A stretch of 64,000 nucleotides of DNA from Trichodelitschia bisporula (Eukaryota). The translations under genes and the position numbers were made by a program. This document shows, one piece after another, positions 12,901-27,735 of this stretch. The DNA lies in contig ML996697.1 of NCBI GenBank assembly GCA_010356995.1, positions 853,793 to 917,792 of the forward strand, read 5' to 3'. The notes beneath the pieces are model-generated. The model was not told where the DNA came from, did not search any database, and saw nothing but the letters and a program-made list of their open reading frames with translations. Every line of letters begins with the position of its first letter. Position 1 is the stretch's first letter.

Positions 12901-14665
12901 ACAGGCACGACGCACGACGTACTACCGCTACCATATTCTCCCCCTCACGCAACTCACCCTGCATAGGGAGGCGCTCCCCACGACTGGCCCTGCGTCTCTC
13001 CCACCGCGCACCCATTGCAGCTGAGTGCGCACTTAACCCCCGCGCGCGCCTGTGCCTTACGCGCGCCGCACCGCAATGATCCCCGCGGGCAAATCCATCC
13101 ACCCCCAAAGTTTGGCCCGAGGCCGGGGGTGTCCTTGCAGCAAAAGGCCCAAGACCGTGGTGGCTTGCCGGGCTTGACGGGGCTGGTCGGGGTGGCATAG
13201 CCTCGCCGGTGCTGGGCGCCGCGACGCGGGACGGCCGGGGGGGGGGCTGGAGAGGGGGGGTCGATTGGGTTTTTTGCACGGTGGGTGAGGCGAGAGCGCG
13301 GACCGCGGGTTTGGCATGAGATAGGATCTTCGTTCTGAGATGTTTACTGGGGGGAGGGGCTGGTCTGGCGAGTTGGTGCGGAGGATGGAAGTAAGATGAG
13401 TGAGGGGAGGCGTGGGTTTGCGATCCTATCAATCACTATGGGACCATGCTGAATGTCATTGATGTTGCGTAGTCCGATGCTCCCTCCCCTAGCCATATCC
13501 TTCCTCGTCCTCAGGGTTTGGTGGTTAGCGGTATTTGTAGCATTGCTCTGCCCGGAATATCGTGGACCTCTTTTTGCCTCTTTCGCTCTCTTCTTTTCGC
13601 CGTTTTGCGTGTCGCACATTGCCATTTCCCCTCCCGCCTTTTTTCGACTCTGCTAGGAGGACGGAGGATATACCCATCTGCATCTGCATCTACCGCTACT
13701 AATTTCGGAAGACCCAAGAGAGAAAGAGAGAGAAGGACATGCCACATCTCCGAGTCCAGGCAGTCCCAACAACTCCCGCAAACTTGCTTTGAACGCCTTG
13801 GTCCCGCTCTCTGACGCTTCTCGCACTCCTACGTATTCTTGCGAGCTCTCTGACGCTACTCTGACGCTTCTCTACCTCTCTCTGCCTCTCGTCAACGACA
13901 CCGCTTCGATCTCGGCGCTACCGTGTGGCGGTGTTGCATTTTTGCACGGCCTCGCCTGCTCGTGCATGAAGAGGTGCATGAGAGCGCCTCAAAGTTGGGC
14001 AGGCTCACGACCATTCACACGCGACAGGAGAAAGAGACGGACTAGAATATATGCTCTCCTAATATCTCTATCCCACTGGATGTACACACTTTAGATTAGG
14101 CCGCCACCCTTTGCCTCCTACCTATCTTTCTGTCTATCATCGACGCGCACTCACTGGTACTCACCCCAGACTCGCTTCGTCACCCCTCCACCACACCTCG
14201 CTCCGCTGGCCAAGAGTTGGGGAAAAGTCTGCCTTGGGCTGGAAGTAGGCGAGAGGAGATGATGTTCTGGTACAGTCACCTTTCCTTTTCTTCTTCGGTC
14301 CCTTCTCTCACGTCTTTCCCTTCTCTTACTCTTCTACCCTTCTATCATCTCTACCTGTACCATTTTTATGGCTTTTGCCTCTTCATCTACTTCCTAATAT
14401 CCCCCTTCCCCCCATTTTCAGCCCTATTCCCTTAACCTCGCCCCACCCTCTCCACCATTCCCCACCCATTATGCCCCATAATATCCCAAGTACCCCGCGC
14501 TGACGTCCCTACCGAACTTCCCCGCAAAAGAAACAATAGCTTCAACAATCATCATCCGTCCTCTATGCCTCATCCCGCGTCCTCTTCGTTAGGTACTACA
14601 GCCACCGGTCTTCCTGCATTGAGCGTGCCCGTGGACGTTGCGGTTGCACGACGCAGGTATCCGCC

Positions 14666-17600
14666 ATGGCATACGCCCAACCCCCCTCTCACTCCCATAA
14701 TATTGCACAACCCAGCACTAGCAGACTGGACCACAGCAGCTCTAGCACCGCTGCAAACTCCACCTCCAGTTCAACAAGCGCCCGCCTTGGTTCCGTCCCG
14801 CCCGTCGTGAGCAACCACCCCTCACGAAGCCTGCCCTCGAGCCGCCTGCCTAGCGCTGCCCGTCATGTTCCCGCTCCGAGCAGTACTGCGCCGTCGGCGG
14901 GCGCTGCCTCTTCGTCGTCGACCAAGTCCTCGCCCTCGAAGCTGCTCAAGAGACGGCCAGTCCCCACCAGAGCAGCAGAGGACTCGCTACCCCGCCGACC
15001 AACGGTAACAAAGCTGGCCCCCTCGCCCGTCGTCACTCGTTCGCGCGACCAGCCGTCCCGCGCGCAGCCATCCCTGTGGGAAATGCAGTCCAACCTTCCC
15101 CGCGCCGCCAGCGCATCGTCGAAGCTCCCGTCGACCTCGCGCATCGTGCGCTTCGAGCCGGCGCGGACGCCATCCCTGGTCTCTGGATCGTCGGCTTCCA
15201 CCAACTCGAGTCCGCGCTCCAACTTGCTGCGGCGCAAGGCTTCCAACGTGGGAAAGCAGCGGTCGCAGCCTTCTCCCGATTCCATGTCGTCGCACGAAGA
15301 TGGCGCTGCTGGGCACGATGAGAGCGGTGCGGCAGGATACAGCGACCTTTACTCGGACTCCGTGCTCGGTGTTTCGATGCCACTTCCGCCAACTAGAGCG
15401 CCCTTCTACTTCAAAGACCGTGAAGACGACGTCATCCAGCTGGACAAATACGTTACGGCTCACGGCGGACCCCTGGACGACCTACCACCCCCAACTCCGC
15501 TCTACGCGCTTTCCTCAACTCCATCAACCGGATACTCCCCTGGTCCTTTCAGCATCAGCTCCACTCCCACTTCCATGTCCTCTGCGTCTCCGGGAATCGC
15601 TGCTTCGGCCACATCGAAGAGCCCTAGTCGGATTCGTGTACCATTCAGCAGAGTCGGCTCCGATGATGCCTCGAACGCCGCGTCTGCTCGCGAATCTTCC
15701 TCATCATCTGCGTCCACAATCCGCGCAGGGGATTATAACAACAGCAAGGCACGCGTCCTCCCCCTACCAGCCCCACCTCCCAGCCCGCCCACCGCTGGAA
15801 AGTCGGCCTCCCAATCCCGCCGACCGACCCACCATCGGCATAACAGCAGTTCCGACTCCGCCGGCAGACGGCCCTCCAATACCAGCTCCCGTCATGGGCC
15901 CCAGTCGCCTCCCGAACTCGCATATCTGAAGGATCTTTCGCCACGGAAACAATCGCTTCCCCTTCCGTCCAGGCGGCCGACACGGCCGAGCCGGGAGGGC
16001 ACGCCCGATCTCTCGTTTCCCGAAGTTATTTCCACGGCGAATGTGATCCAGAGCAACATGTCCAGCCTCCCGGCAGGGCCGAGCACGCATCGGCGACAAA
16101 GTTCTGCAGAGTCGAAGCGCAGCGCCGTCAGCTACAGCTATATTCCGACAAACCTCACTGTGGACACGAGGACCCGGTTCGCGATGCCAGTAGGGAAGTC
16201 CCGCAATCCAAGCCCCAGTCCAAGCCAAGCATCATCCATGCTGTCACCGCTCTCGCGTTCTCCAACGCGGGGAATGACTCCCGACATCCCCTCCGATGGC
16301 GAGACGTCTTTGCGCGTCAAGCCGTCCCCGTCCACGGAGAGCAAGCCATTTTCTTCGCGCTTCGGCTTCTTCTCGAAAAAGTCCAAGACAGTCAACGCAG
16401 CCCCCGTGCCACCGCAAGAAAAGACGCTCAAGCGTCGCAAGGGCCCTAGTGCCGGTACTGGACATGAGGGGTACGGCAAGTTCTCTGCTGGGCGTGGTCG
16501 CAGCGGGAGCACCACCAGTTCAGACAGCGCCCTCGGCCTCAACATCAGCACCAACTACGGCCGGGGAACTTCGAGTAGGAAGAGCAGCGTTGGTAGCAGA
16601 GGAGATAGCTCGGCCGATGGTTCTGATGTGGACGACTTCTTCGCTGAGCGTCTGGCACCTGTCATTCTTCGCGGCACTGGCCCAGTGGATAGAAAGGGCA
16701 GCGACGACCGGAGTGGTGGCAAGAAGCCAGTGCTCCTTCCTTCGCCTATGATGGACCCTTCAGCCGCTTTCGCCGAGTCGATGAAGAGTCCGCCTCTCCC
16801 TACCGACATCGCAGCTCCGGACCATCACAAGTCGCGCTTCGGTCTCTCGTCGCTCACCTCTCGCCGTGCCTCGCGCAAGTCCTTCATGGATGATGGCATG
16901 GGCACGTCGACTGAATCACTGGCTTCCACGTCGATGAAACCGCCTTACAACCGCACTCGCAAACTCTCAATATCCTTCTCCTCTCATGCGCACAGCTCTT
17001 CAGACCGTTCCATGACGGCACCACCCGAGTCATCAACATCCGACGAAGCATCTGGCCCTAGACGGTCAGAGACTGTACCCGCGCCCTCAAAGTCACAGCC
17101 CAATCTCAAGCCTCCTGGCAAGTGGAGCTTTTTCCAGCGTGCCAAATCGCCTGCCCGCGGTACTGTCAAGGCTCCCTCCGGGGCACCGGTCCCCGTTCCT
17201 GCTGTTACAGTTCCGGCATCACGCACGACCAAAGCACCCCCTCCGCGCTCGGTTGCACACTACGCAATCGGCGAGCCGATGGGTCATGTAGACGCTGACG
17301 AGCTGGCGAGGATCATGCGGGAGGCAGAAGCGGGTAACGACACCGAAACGGATACCGAAGGTCCGGTGATGAGGTCCAACCACAGGCGCAATGTCGGCTC
17401 ATCTTCACTACCGTTGTCGATCATCGACACCAGCGGCGATGAGGAAGAGATCGAAGAGGACTATAAGCCACGCCATGGAGATTCCGTGCTACTGCCGGAA
17501 CCACCACAGTTTCCAGCAGAGTTCGCCGGGCCCGGCAGGTCTGCGTCACCGAGAGTTGCATTGAATGTGCAGCGGCCAGAGGCTCAGACGTCCAGGGTGC

Positions 17601-19698
17601 CTGATTTTCCATCTCCTCCCGTCTCACAGGTTCGCAGCCCACCACCCACTGCTGCACCTGTGCAATCCAAGCAACCGCGCCCCAGCCGACTAGCCCAAGT
17701 CGGGCGGATTCCGGCAGTGGTGTCGACATTACCGGTAGATCGCGAGAAGAAGCTGTCAGATGCGTCGTTTTCGCGGCCGTTCGCGCCAGAGCAACCCTCT
17801 CCGGCAATGCAGTCCGCTCCTTTCCGTTCTCAGCCAGAGTCCGACAATGCAGACTCAGCTGCACCGCCGTACTCTCCAATCACAGCCTCGCTCCCGGTTG
17901 CGCAAGCCGAACAGCGTCCCTGGACTCCAGGCACTATTGAAGCCCCTCCCTCGGGAAGCGAAACCGTTCGTGGAAGTCCCCAGGAGCTGGATTCAGCTAG
18001 CACGGCGCGGGATGAGTACGACGGGACCACGGAGTTTCTAGCCTTCCCGCCGCGCAAGGATTCCGCCAACTCGATGACATCCAATAGTTCAAGCTTCTTT
18101 AGCGTTGCAGCGGCCACGGCTGTCATCCCCAAACCTGGTGCACCACTTGGCGAGGACGAGATCTGGAATGAATACGACGACCTCCTTGAGACTTTCTCCG
18201 ATGACACCACTCCCAAGCCTCGCAAGGGGTCCAAGACTGCGGTGTCCACTCCATCGACTGACACAGACAATGCAAAGGTCGAACCACCGCCTGCCCTTGT
18301 CGTGCCGTCGGTCGGATCCATCGCGCAGCGGGTTAGGCTTCCGTCCTGGCGCACCTCAGGCGTGCCATCGCCTCTTCTCAACGGCCCTACTACCCCCATG
18401 CCCGGTTCACCTATGTCCATCTCGGACTTCCTCTCCTCGTACGGTGACCGGGGCCTCAGCGTGGTCGACCCCGTGACCGGCCGTCTAAGCCTCCCGTCTA
18501 CCGGCCGTTTAAGCTCCAGCACCACCAGGTTGAGCCTTCCCGCGCGACCTGTTTCCGGCACGTCAAACGATGCGACACCCTCGCGGCCGTCAAAGCGCTC
18601 GTCCAAGCGTCCCCAGCTGCCGCCTCTCAAGGGCACGACGGAGCCGGTGATGCTGAGCCCACGTTCGGACAGCAGCGCCATCGAGCTCGCGGAGCAGCAG
18701 CAGATGGGCTTCGCGTCCATGGCCAACCTGCGCTTCGGCGCACTCATGACGAGCAAGTGGCTCTCGTTTGGCCACGTACTCTTCAGCCCTGCGCACCAGG
18801 AACTGAGGAACGCCAAGGACGACCGCATGCTTATCATCGATGGGCTTGGGAAGGGTATGTCCATACACTCTCCAACCACGCGGCCACCTGACTAACACCC
18901 GCAGATTGGTCCTATTTCGCCGCGCTCAATTACCCAGGTGCTTCAATCTATAACCTGGGCAGCGACGATCGCGCCGGGCCATCGAGCCCCAACAGCGGAA
19001 GCCCGTTCCCCCCTCCGTCCAACCACCGGCACGTGCACCACCCGCACCTCGCGGCGCCCTTCCCCTTCCCGCGCGGCTTCTTCACAGCGGTGGTGTTCCG
19101 CTTCCCTCCCGCGTCACCGGAATCAACCTTCCGCGCCGCACTCTCCGAGTGCAAGCGCGTCCTCCGTCCGGGCGGTTTCCTCGAGGTCTGCGTGCTGGAC
19201 ATGGACTTGTGCGGCATGGGCAACGTGGCGCGGCGCGCGGTACGTGCGCTCAAGGTGCGCATGCAGGCTGCTGAGCCGGGCGTGGCGCTTGGCCCGATGA
19301 GCGATACTGTGCTTGGCTTGCTCGGGCGTCGGGGATTTGAGAATCTGAATAGGTGCATCCTGGGCATGCCGGCGGCGGGGACACTCGTCTCTGTGCGTGA
19401 CGGGCCTGGGCCTGGCACTGGCCCTGATGTGCCGAAGGAGGAGGGCCCGTCGTTTAGCGATTTGCTTCGCGATCAGAGTGGGCAAGGGGATGAGGGGATT
19501 GCGCGCATGGTGGCGCGCGTGGGGCGCTGGTGGTACAGTCGGTGCTATGAGCGGGCGGTGCTTGGTGCTACTGAGGCGAGCATCTGGGATGATGAGGCGG
19601 TGCTGGCGGAGTGTGAGGAGCGGGGCACGACGTTGAAGCTTATGCTTTGTTTTGCGCAGAAGCCGGAGGTGCCAGTAAGGAGGACGATTAGCTTGTGA
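14666..19698 (+). CDS. Large Ser/Pro-rich disordered protein with a C-terminal class I SAM-methyltransferase-like domain; exons 14666-18854 and 18905-19698
   Basis: 1409-aa ORF followed by a 50-nt intron (GTATGT..CTAAC..CAG, 18855-18904) that gives LIIDGLGK-DWSYF. Downstream are FPFPRGFFTAVVFRFP and ECKRVLRPGGFLEV. The block LRFGALMTSKWLSFG is typical of this Pezizomycotina family. Confidence 0.8.
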
Positions 19699-20247
19699 GT
19701 GGTGTTTTTCGGGGGTGTTTTGCTGCGTTTTAGCGAGTGTGGGGGTTGTATGATTTGTCTTTTGTTTCTTGTTACGGTGTGCTTTTTGCGTTCGACATTG
19801 CATAGCGCCCGGGGTGGCTGATAACGAAGATGAAAGACTAAGAAAGAATATTGGGCTTGGATGGGGGGCCTCGCGGCTTCTTCCTCGGCCTTTAGACGGT
19901 TGGTCACGATGGCATGGCTTTGGCTTTGGCTTTGGCTTTGGCTGGAATGTATTATGACGAAAGCATCTGTTTGGAAAATGGGGAGGTGGTTGGTTAATGT
20001 TGGCTCATGCTGGGAATGGTCGACAGTTTAGTTCTGGGTTGCATTCGTTCGCAGGAACCTTTTTCTTTGGGCGCGGTTGTATGGATGGATACCCAGTGGG
20101 ATTTTGTAGGAGGGGAGGGATGTGGAGGTTAGCTACTTAATTGAATTGGTTCGAGATGCATACTGTACAGATGTGTGGGTTGGTTTTGATATCATACGTG
20201 ACTTCTGAGTGCGAGGGGTATCTCCCCCCTGCAACAGGCGGCCGCCC

Positions 20248-22301
20248 TCACCGCGCCAGAAACGACTGAAATGCCTTCTGCTCAATCACCACATTCCCCA
20301 CGGCGCGCAACTTCTTCCTCCCCTCTTTCTGCTTATCCAGCAACTTCCTCCTCCTCCCCACGTCCGCCGCATGCAGCTTCTGGAGAACATCCTTCCGAAA
20401 CGCCTTAATCGTCTCCCGGGCTACAATCCGCCGTCCCACGGCCGCTTGGATCACAATCTCGAACATTTGACGGGGGACATGTTCTTTGAACTTCGCGACC
20501 CACTCCCGGCCCAGCCGCTCCGCCTGACTGGTGTGCACGACGCGCGCGACGGCGTCGACAGGCGCTTTATTAACGAGTAATTGCAGCTTGACAATACTGC
20601 TGGGCCGGAACCCGGCGTCTTCGTAGTCGAGCGACGCATACCCCTTCGTCGCGCCCTTGATCTTGCCGAAGAAATCGTCGACGAGTTGCGCGAGGGGGAG
20701 GGCGTATTTGACCATTACGTGCGCCCCCGTTAAAAACGAGAGCTCGATTTGCTCGCCGCGGTTGCCCTCGCAGAGCTCAATGACTTTACCCAGGTACGTC
20801 TCCGGCGTCGCGATGGTGGCGGTGACGTAGGGCTCTTGCAGGGAGGCAATCTTCTGCCTCGCCGTTTCTAGGTCCGGGAAGTCGTTTGGGTTGGAAATGA
20901 CCTCGCTTTTGCCGTCGGTGTAGATGATTTTAAAGGGGACGGAGGGGGGCGTGAGGATTATGCTCGCGGAGTGTTCTTGCCGGAGCCGGTCTTCGAAGAC
21001 GGAGCAGTGCAGCGTACCCAGGAAACCGAGGCGCCAGCCTGCGCCGAGCGCTTCGGAGGATTCCTTGGTTATGCTGACGCTGCGGTCGTTCAGCGCGACG
21101 GCGTTGATGCTATCCTCCAGATGCCCGTAGTCGCTCTGGTCCGTCGGGAAGGCGGCGACGAAGACCATGGGTTTTGGCTCTTCGAAGTCGGGTAAGGGCT
21201 GGACGAGATTCTCGTTTCCGAGGGTGGTGTACGTGTCCCCGACTTTGGCTTCTTGGCTGCGCTTCATGCCGGGGTTGAAGTAGATGTACCCCACCTGGCC
21301 GGCGCGGAGCACGGTCTGCGGCGTGGGGTCCGGGTACATGATGCCCACTTCGCCAACAATGTACTTCAGCCCCGTGGCGAAGCTGCGAATGGTGTCCCCG
21401 GCGCGCACCTGCCCGTCGAAAACACGCACCAGCAAAATCACCCCCTTATACTTATCATACCAGCTATCCACAAGCAGCAGCCTCAACGGCCCCCTCTCAT
21501 CCCCCACCGGCGCGGGCACATTCTCAATAACCTCCGGCAAGATGGCCTGGACATTGGTCCCCGTCTTCGCACTCACGAGCACCGCCTTCGCGGGGTCCAG
21601 ATCGAATGCGTCTTTCATCTGCGTGAGCGCGCGGGTCGTGTCCGCGGACGGGAGGTCGATTTTATTCACAATGGGCACAAGCGCCAGCCCTTTCGCAAAC
21701 GCCTGGTAGAAATTGGCCACCGTCTGCGCCTGGACGCCCTGGCTCGCATCGACCAGCAACAACGCTGCAAAAAAGATCCGTCAGCCTCGCCCCCCACGAC
21801 CAGAACACCCTACTCACCTCCGCCACAGCTGGCGTAGCTGCGGCTTACCTCGGCTCGAAAATCGACGTGTCCGGGTGTATCCACCAGATGCAGGAGGTAA
21901 TCCTGCCCGCGGTGGTTATACACCATGGAACACGTCTGCGCCTTGACCGTGATGCCCCTCTCGCGCTCCACGTCTAGTTTATCGAGGAACTGCTTATTCC
22001 CGCCTGGTTGGATTGTGCCTGTCAGCTCGAGGAGGCGGTCGCTCAGCGTGCTTTTCCCGTGGTCGACGTGGGCTATGACACAGAAGTTACGAAAACGTGA
22101 TATGGGGATTGCGGCGATGCGTTGCTCGAGCTCAGAGCTCGGCTTCTGCTTCGGCGGTTTTGCGGCGCGGTGGTGCGGGGAGGAGGAGTAAGTGCGGGCG
22201 GAGATTGGCGTGCATAGTCGGCTAGGAGAGGTGTGTCGTGGGTGGGCGAGGTATGCGGGGCCGCGCGCGAAGCTTCGGATAGCTCGGGTGCATGGTTGCA
22301 T
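20248..22301 (-). CDS. GUF1: Mitochondrial translation factor GUF1 (LepA/EF4); exons 22301-21818 and 21764-20248
   Basis: GTPase motifs [27 protein letters not shown] and NKID. LepA-type motifs GFLGTLH and [15 protein letters not shown]. Arg/Ser-rich presequence-like N-terminus. 53-nt intron at 21765-21817. Confidence 0.95.
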
Positions 22302-23017
22302 CAGTCTGGCGGGCTGGAGAGCGGGGTGGGCATTGCGGTGCGGTGGGTTGGGATGGAGGTATGAAAATGATGATGGGGGCGCCGGGGCGGAAGAGGGTTG
22401 TTCCGGGGGGGTGGAGGGGAGGGGGAAGGTCAGCCTTCTCTGTGTCTCCACCTTCACTATTGCTCTCTGCATCTTTGTGACTCTACATGCTCGTGACGCG
22501 GTTGGAGGTCTCTGTGTTGATGCGACATTACCATGGCCCTGGTGTCGAACATTCTCTGCGAGCCCAAGTGGGAGTGGACCTCACACAGCTATTCGGCAAA
22601 TCGTTCAGTGAAGTCAGATTCTTGGTTAGAACGTGTCTTTGAGGACTAGAATGAGTGCTCAAGTCATTACAAGTTTCAGTTCGGCAATATAATTCTAGAG
22701 CAGCGAGTTTGACTTCAAGGCTGAAGTCCAAGTTCAGCCGAAAGGTTGTGAGACCCGGGACGGAAGAACGATATCCCGGGGTCGGTGAGCCGTTTCGGTG
22801 GCAACGGCGGGTTGACAAGGCGGTTGAGAAGGAACGAAACGAGCCCCCTGTTCCCTCAGTTTGCCAGACACCATCGTGATCATTCAACTTGCAAACGCAA
22901 TCTCAAATAATCGAAGTGATACGGAGAGCTACTTGCTGCCTGAATCTTCAACGATTAACTCGCCTGCGACTTTGCGCTCGCCAACTTCGCAAGCTCCCAA
23001 CACTGTAAACAAACGCC

Positions 23018-23888
23018 ATGGATCCAGCTCCGCCTAAGACCAAGTCCTCGCGTTCGAAGACGGGGGATGCGGGTGAGAAGGACAAGTCGAAAACGCATAA
23101 GTTGGCGCTTAAAGGTTGATTTATCACCTTCTTTAGGAGCATAATGCTAACCATTGCGACAGGCTCGTCGAAGCTGGTCTCGGAGTTTGTAAGGCCATCA
23201 ACCCAACCAAAGAAGCAACCAGATCTCTAATCGCTACCAGTTCGAGTACTCGATAAACACCATCCTCTACCAACGCGGCGTGTACCCACCCGAAGATTTC
23301 ACCGCGTAAGTCCAACGCGTGAAGCCCGTGATTGCATATCCTAACATCCAAAGCGTCAAAAAGTACGGCCTAAACATGCTCGTCACCTCCGACGACCAAG
23401 TCAAAGCCTACATCAAAAAGATAATGTCCCAACTAAAAACCTGGATGACGGGCCAAAAAATCTCCAAACTCGTCATCGTCATCACAAACAAAGAAACAGG
23501 CGAGCACGTCGAGCGCTGGCAGTTCGACGTCCAAATCAATAAACTCACCAAATCCAAATCCTCCAAGCGCGAAGCCCCGAACCAGGAAAACGCAGACGCG
23601 CCACCTGCCCCGCCTGCGTCCGAGCAAGCCCTGACGGACGACGAGATCCAAGCGCAGATCCGCGCGCTGTTCCGCCAGATCACCGCCTCGGTCACGTTCC
23701 TCCCCGAACTCACGGACCCATGCACGTTCAACGTGCTCGTGTACGCGGATGCGGACTCCGATGTGCCGATTGAGTGGGGCGACAGCGATGCTAAGGAGAT
23801 CGAGGGCGGGGAGAAGGTGCAGCTGCGCAGCTTCAGCACGACGAATCATCGCGTTGATACCATGGTGAGCTACAAGCTTGGGAGCTGA
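23018..23888 (+). CDS. MAD2: Spindle checkpoint HORMA protein Mad2; exons 23018-23114, 23163-23188, 23241-23305, 23354-23888
   Basis: The spliced product reads [41 protein letters not shown]...ERWQFDV...RQITASVTFLPEL...VQLRSFSTTNHRVDTMVSY. Introns are 48, 52 and 48 nt. Confidence 0.95.
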
Positions 23889-24325
23889 TGGAGTGAGTGG
23901 TGGCTGTTCGTTAGTTCGGTAGCGGCGTTTTAATGTAGTTGCTGTTGTTTGGAAGTTCATGGAGTACTGGGTTGTATATTTCGAATGCACACTATCATGC
24001 ACGTGACTCGTGGCTGAACAGCTGAATGGATTGGAATGCGTAATCTAAGAGCAGTGATCGAGTACCGCCAGGTGGATATCATTGACATGTATCACCCACT
24101 ACACCGAAGCATGCAATAAGACCTCGCATACCGTAGAGAAATACCTATCATCTGCCTGTGTACACACCCCATGCAATCATATGAGCGTCCCCCAGCAAAG
24201 AGCGAGCAGTGAGAACTGACGATAAGAGCACATTCGCAAAGCACAAATGCCCCTGGGTAAACCCAACCCTCACCTAGTACCGCTAACCTCTCGCAATTTG
24301 ACGCTACACACAACCCTCACCTCCC

Positions 24326-27300
24326 CTACTGAGTGCGCTTAAACGCACCCGGACGATACTTGCCATCGCTCGGAGCCATGCGCGGCGGGGGGGTAGCCTC
24401 AGCCGGACTAGCATCCCGCCCCTCCTCCTTGCGCCTCAGCGGCGGCACATACGACTTCCCCGTAGCCGCAGCAGGCGACTCATCCCGCCGCCCGCTATTG
24501 CTCCGCTCCCCAAACGCCGCAGCACGCGGAACAGACCGACCAGGCGCAGCAGTAGCAGGACTCTCATCCCGGCTCGACAAGCCGCGACCCGACCCCTCGC
24601 GTGCACGCCAGCGATCGCCACCGCCCTCGCCGCGCAGGCTAGGCGGCACGTAGCCAGTGCGCTTAGGCGCTTCTTCCTTCGCACGCGGCTCTTCGGCTGG
24701 CGAGGCAGCGGCGGCAGGGGTGGGGCTTTGGCCCGAGGCGGCCTGGGCGGCGCGGAGGGCCTCCTTCTCGCGCCAACTGAGGGTGCCGGCGGGGCGGGCG
24801 AGGTTGAGCTTGGGCGGGCCGCTGGCGGGTCTGCTGTCCGAGGCGGCGGCGGGGGCGGGACGGTCGCGAGACGGAATGCGCGCATCCATGGCGTGGCCAC
24901 CACCGGTCTTGCGAGCGGCAAGCTTGGCTTCAACTTCGGCCTCACGAGCGCGCTGCTTAGCGGCGGCCTCGTCGAGTTTCCTGAATCAAAGGTTAGTTTA
25001 CCGCATTCAAAGGATCTGATGGTGGAAAGAGTGCAAACGTACCGACGCTGCTCCTCCCTAGCAGCCTTCTCTTCCGCCATCTTCTGGCGTTTCTCCTCTT
25101 CTTCGCGAGCCTTAGCCTCGGCCTCGGCAGCCTCCCGTTCCTCCTCTTCGATACGGTGCTGCTCAGCCTCCTCAGCTTCACGCCGCTCACGAGCTATCCG
25201 CTCCTTGACCTCGCGCCGCCTAGCCTCCATCTTGGACTCAAGCTCCTGCTGGGCCTTCTTCTTCCGACGCTCAAAGTCCGACTTGCGCTCCCGCTGGATC
25301 TGGTCACGGTAGCTCTCGTAGATGGGGAGAAGGCGGCTCAGACGATGCTTCAGCGCCACATCGTCCTTGTGCTTCAGTTCCGCATCCCGAAGGGTCTCCT
25401 GCTTGGTCTTTTCGTACTCCTCGAGATCACGCTGGCGCTGGGCGGCATAGTCTTCCGGAATATGCTTGAGTTCTTCGCGACGGAATGCGCGCTCAATGTG
25501 GTCGATGCGGCGAGCAGTGAGGCGAAGCTTCTCAGTAAGATCATTCTTCTCCTTCTCGAGAGCGCGGATCTTGATGGCACGGATCGCACCAGAGTCAAGG
25601 TTATTGACATCGATCTCGTCGAGGTCAATGTTCTTTGTGCCGCGCTTGAGTTCTTCGAGAGCACGCTGGGCTTCCTCTTGCTGGACACGCTGCTTCTCAG
25701 CCTCGAGGCGCCTACGGTCACGGTCGCGCTGTTCCTCCGCAAGACGCTGAGCCTCAGCCGCCTGCTGCTCCTGCGCCTTGCGACGCTTTTCGGTTGCGAG
25801 ATCCTTCTCTTTCTGGGCAAGGGCAGAAGAGGCGGCCTGCTTCTTCTTCTCAATGATTTCGCGACGAGCCAAAGTCTCCATGTGCTCCTCCTTGGCACCC
25901 TCCTTCGCCCGCTCCAAGGCTACGGCCTTCGCCTTGCTACGCTCCTCATTGAACGCCGGGTCGACGTATTGGCAGGTCAAGAAGAGAGCCTTGGAGAGAC
26001 GGGTCAACTGCGAACGGACAATCTCAGCAGGGGTGCTCTGCAGGCGCTGCACGGTGCCATTCTCCGACTCGGCTGACCCAGTCGTGGAACCAGGGTGCAG
26101 AGCCTTGGCAGAGGAGAAGACGTCGGAGTCAAAGGTAAGGACACCGCTCGCATGATCCACGCGAATGGCCAAGTCGCCCTTCTTGCAGCCATTCATGATG
26201 AATTTCTCGATCATGGGGCCGTTGACCTGGAACGGCTCGGGGAACTGAGCCAGATCAAGCACAAACTTGACTTCTACCGACTCGTACACCTGGGAGAGCT
26301 GTTGAAACAGACGGGTCAGGATGACCTGCTGTAGCGGCTGAACATACTTCTCCATCTCGGGGTCAGTGCCAATCTCGCTCAAAATCGGAGAGATGCGCTT
26401 GCAGATCGACAGCGGGTGGAAGTCAACCTCCAGGATGGTGTACAGCTCGCGAATCTCGGGTCTACACCGCTTCAAGAGACCCTTGTTCAAGGCATCCTTG
26501 AAGAGAATGGCGCGGGTCGGCGCCTGGGACATGCCGAGCAAGTTGGTAAGGCGCACATTCTTGCTCTTGCGCGCCTCATCAACATCGCCGATGGCACCGC
26601 GCGACCGGGAAGTGCTGATCACGGGGATGGCCAAAGCAGACAGGAGGACGAATGATGCGGCCTTGGTCATATCAGCCTCAGTGACGGCTGGGTTGTCCTT
26701 CTTAACACCCTGTCCAGAAGCAACAGCAATTGATGACTGGCGCATCAGGTTGAAGTACCGATTCCAGGCAGCGGCATGGAACAAGTAGTTCTCGCTGACA
26801 AGGAAGATGCGCGTCAACTTCTCGAAGTAGTTGGCCATCATGATGTTCTTTGCGGGACGCTTGCTGAGGCTGAGCAGTGTGTGGATATCCTCCACGCTGC
26901 GGAAGGCTTCCTGCCACAGCTCAAGCTCCACAGCCACGTTAAGTTGCTGGAAGCGGGTGTCCAGGTGGCGCTGAAGAGTGTCCGGGTCGCTGAGGTTGAT
27001 GGCATGCATCTGCGACGAGAACTTGGCGGCATTTTGCAGATGATTCCGGAGAAGCTCGCACAGGCGGCGGAACTCGGTCTTGCGGGCATACTTGGAGCAA
27101 AACTGGAAGGCCTGGTGAGCGGTGCTCTGGTACATGACTTCAAGGCGGGCATTGTTCTTGAAGATATCGAGCACCGTGCGGTAGGTCTCCCAGAGGAACT
27201 TCAGCCAGGGCGTAACGATGGCGCGGTCGGTTCTATCCTTGGACTGCTCACCGGAGACGGTGGAGAGAAGAATGGATTCCGGGGTCTCGGAAGCCTCGAG

Positions 27301-27735
27301 ATCATCGACGTTGGCGGTGGTCGCAGTTTGATCAAGGGTCGACTGAACTTCATCGGCGCGCGCCTGGGCCTCGGTGACCTTTTGCTCAGCGAGCTCAATG
27401 AACTTCTTGAAGACAAGCTATGGCACAAGTTAGCATTTGTGCTGCAGAGTCGCAGAGGGCTTATATACCTCAATCGTCCCGACATTCGTATTCTGAGCAG
27501 TATTCTTGTACTGGTAGAGACCATCTTTGGCGAGTTTTCCTCTCCTCAGATCAACGCAGAGTTCGACGAAAAGAACCATAACCGGCTCCAACGAGGCAAT
27601 CGGGCTGTTGCGCGTCCGCTTGGAAACGACATGCTCATGAAGAAGGGCGAGTGCAGCAGGAGATTGGCCTACGCCAATAAGCTCCTGCGCCCTCTTGAGG
27701 ACATTTTCCGGCCGACTATGCGGCGGAGGCGGCAT
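24326..27735 (-). CDS. TIF32: Eukaryotic translation initiation factor 3 subunit A; exons 27735-27469, 27417-25043, 24980-24326
   Basis: N-terminus [43 protein letters not shown], a PCI region and a long charged coiled coil. Introns at 27418-27468 and 24981-25042. Confidence 0.95.

Noticed and set aside
10000..14660. Many 60-225-aa ORFs plus CCCCT/GA simple repeats in the 4.6-kb region between PAL and the methyltransferase-like gene
   Set aside because: Low-complexity translations with no recognisable domain or convincing exon chain. Probably promoter and long UTR, although an ncRNA or micro-gene cannot be excluded.
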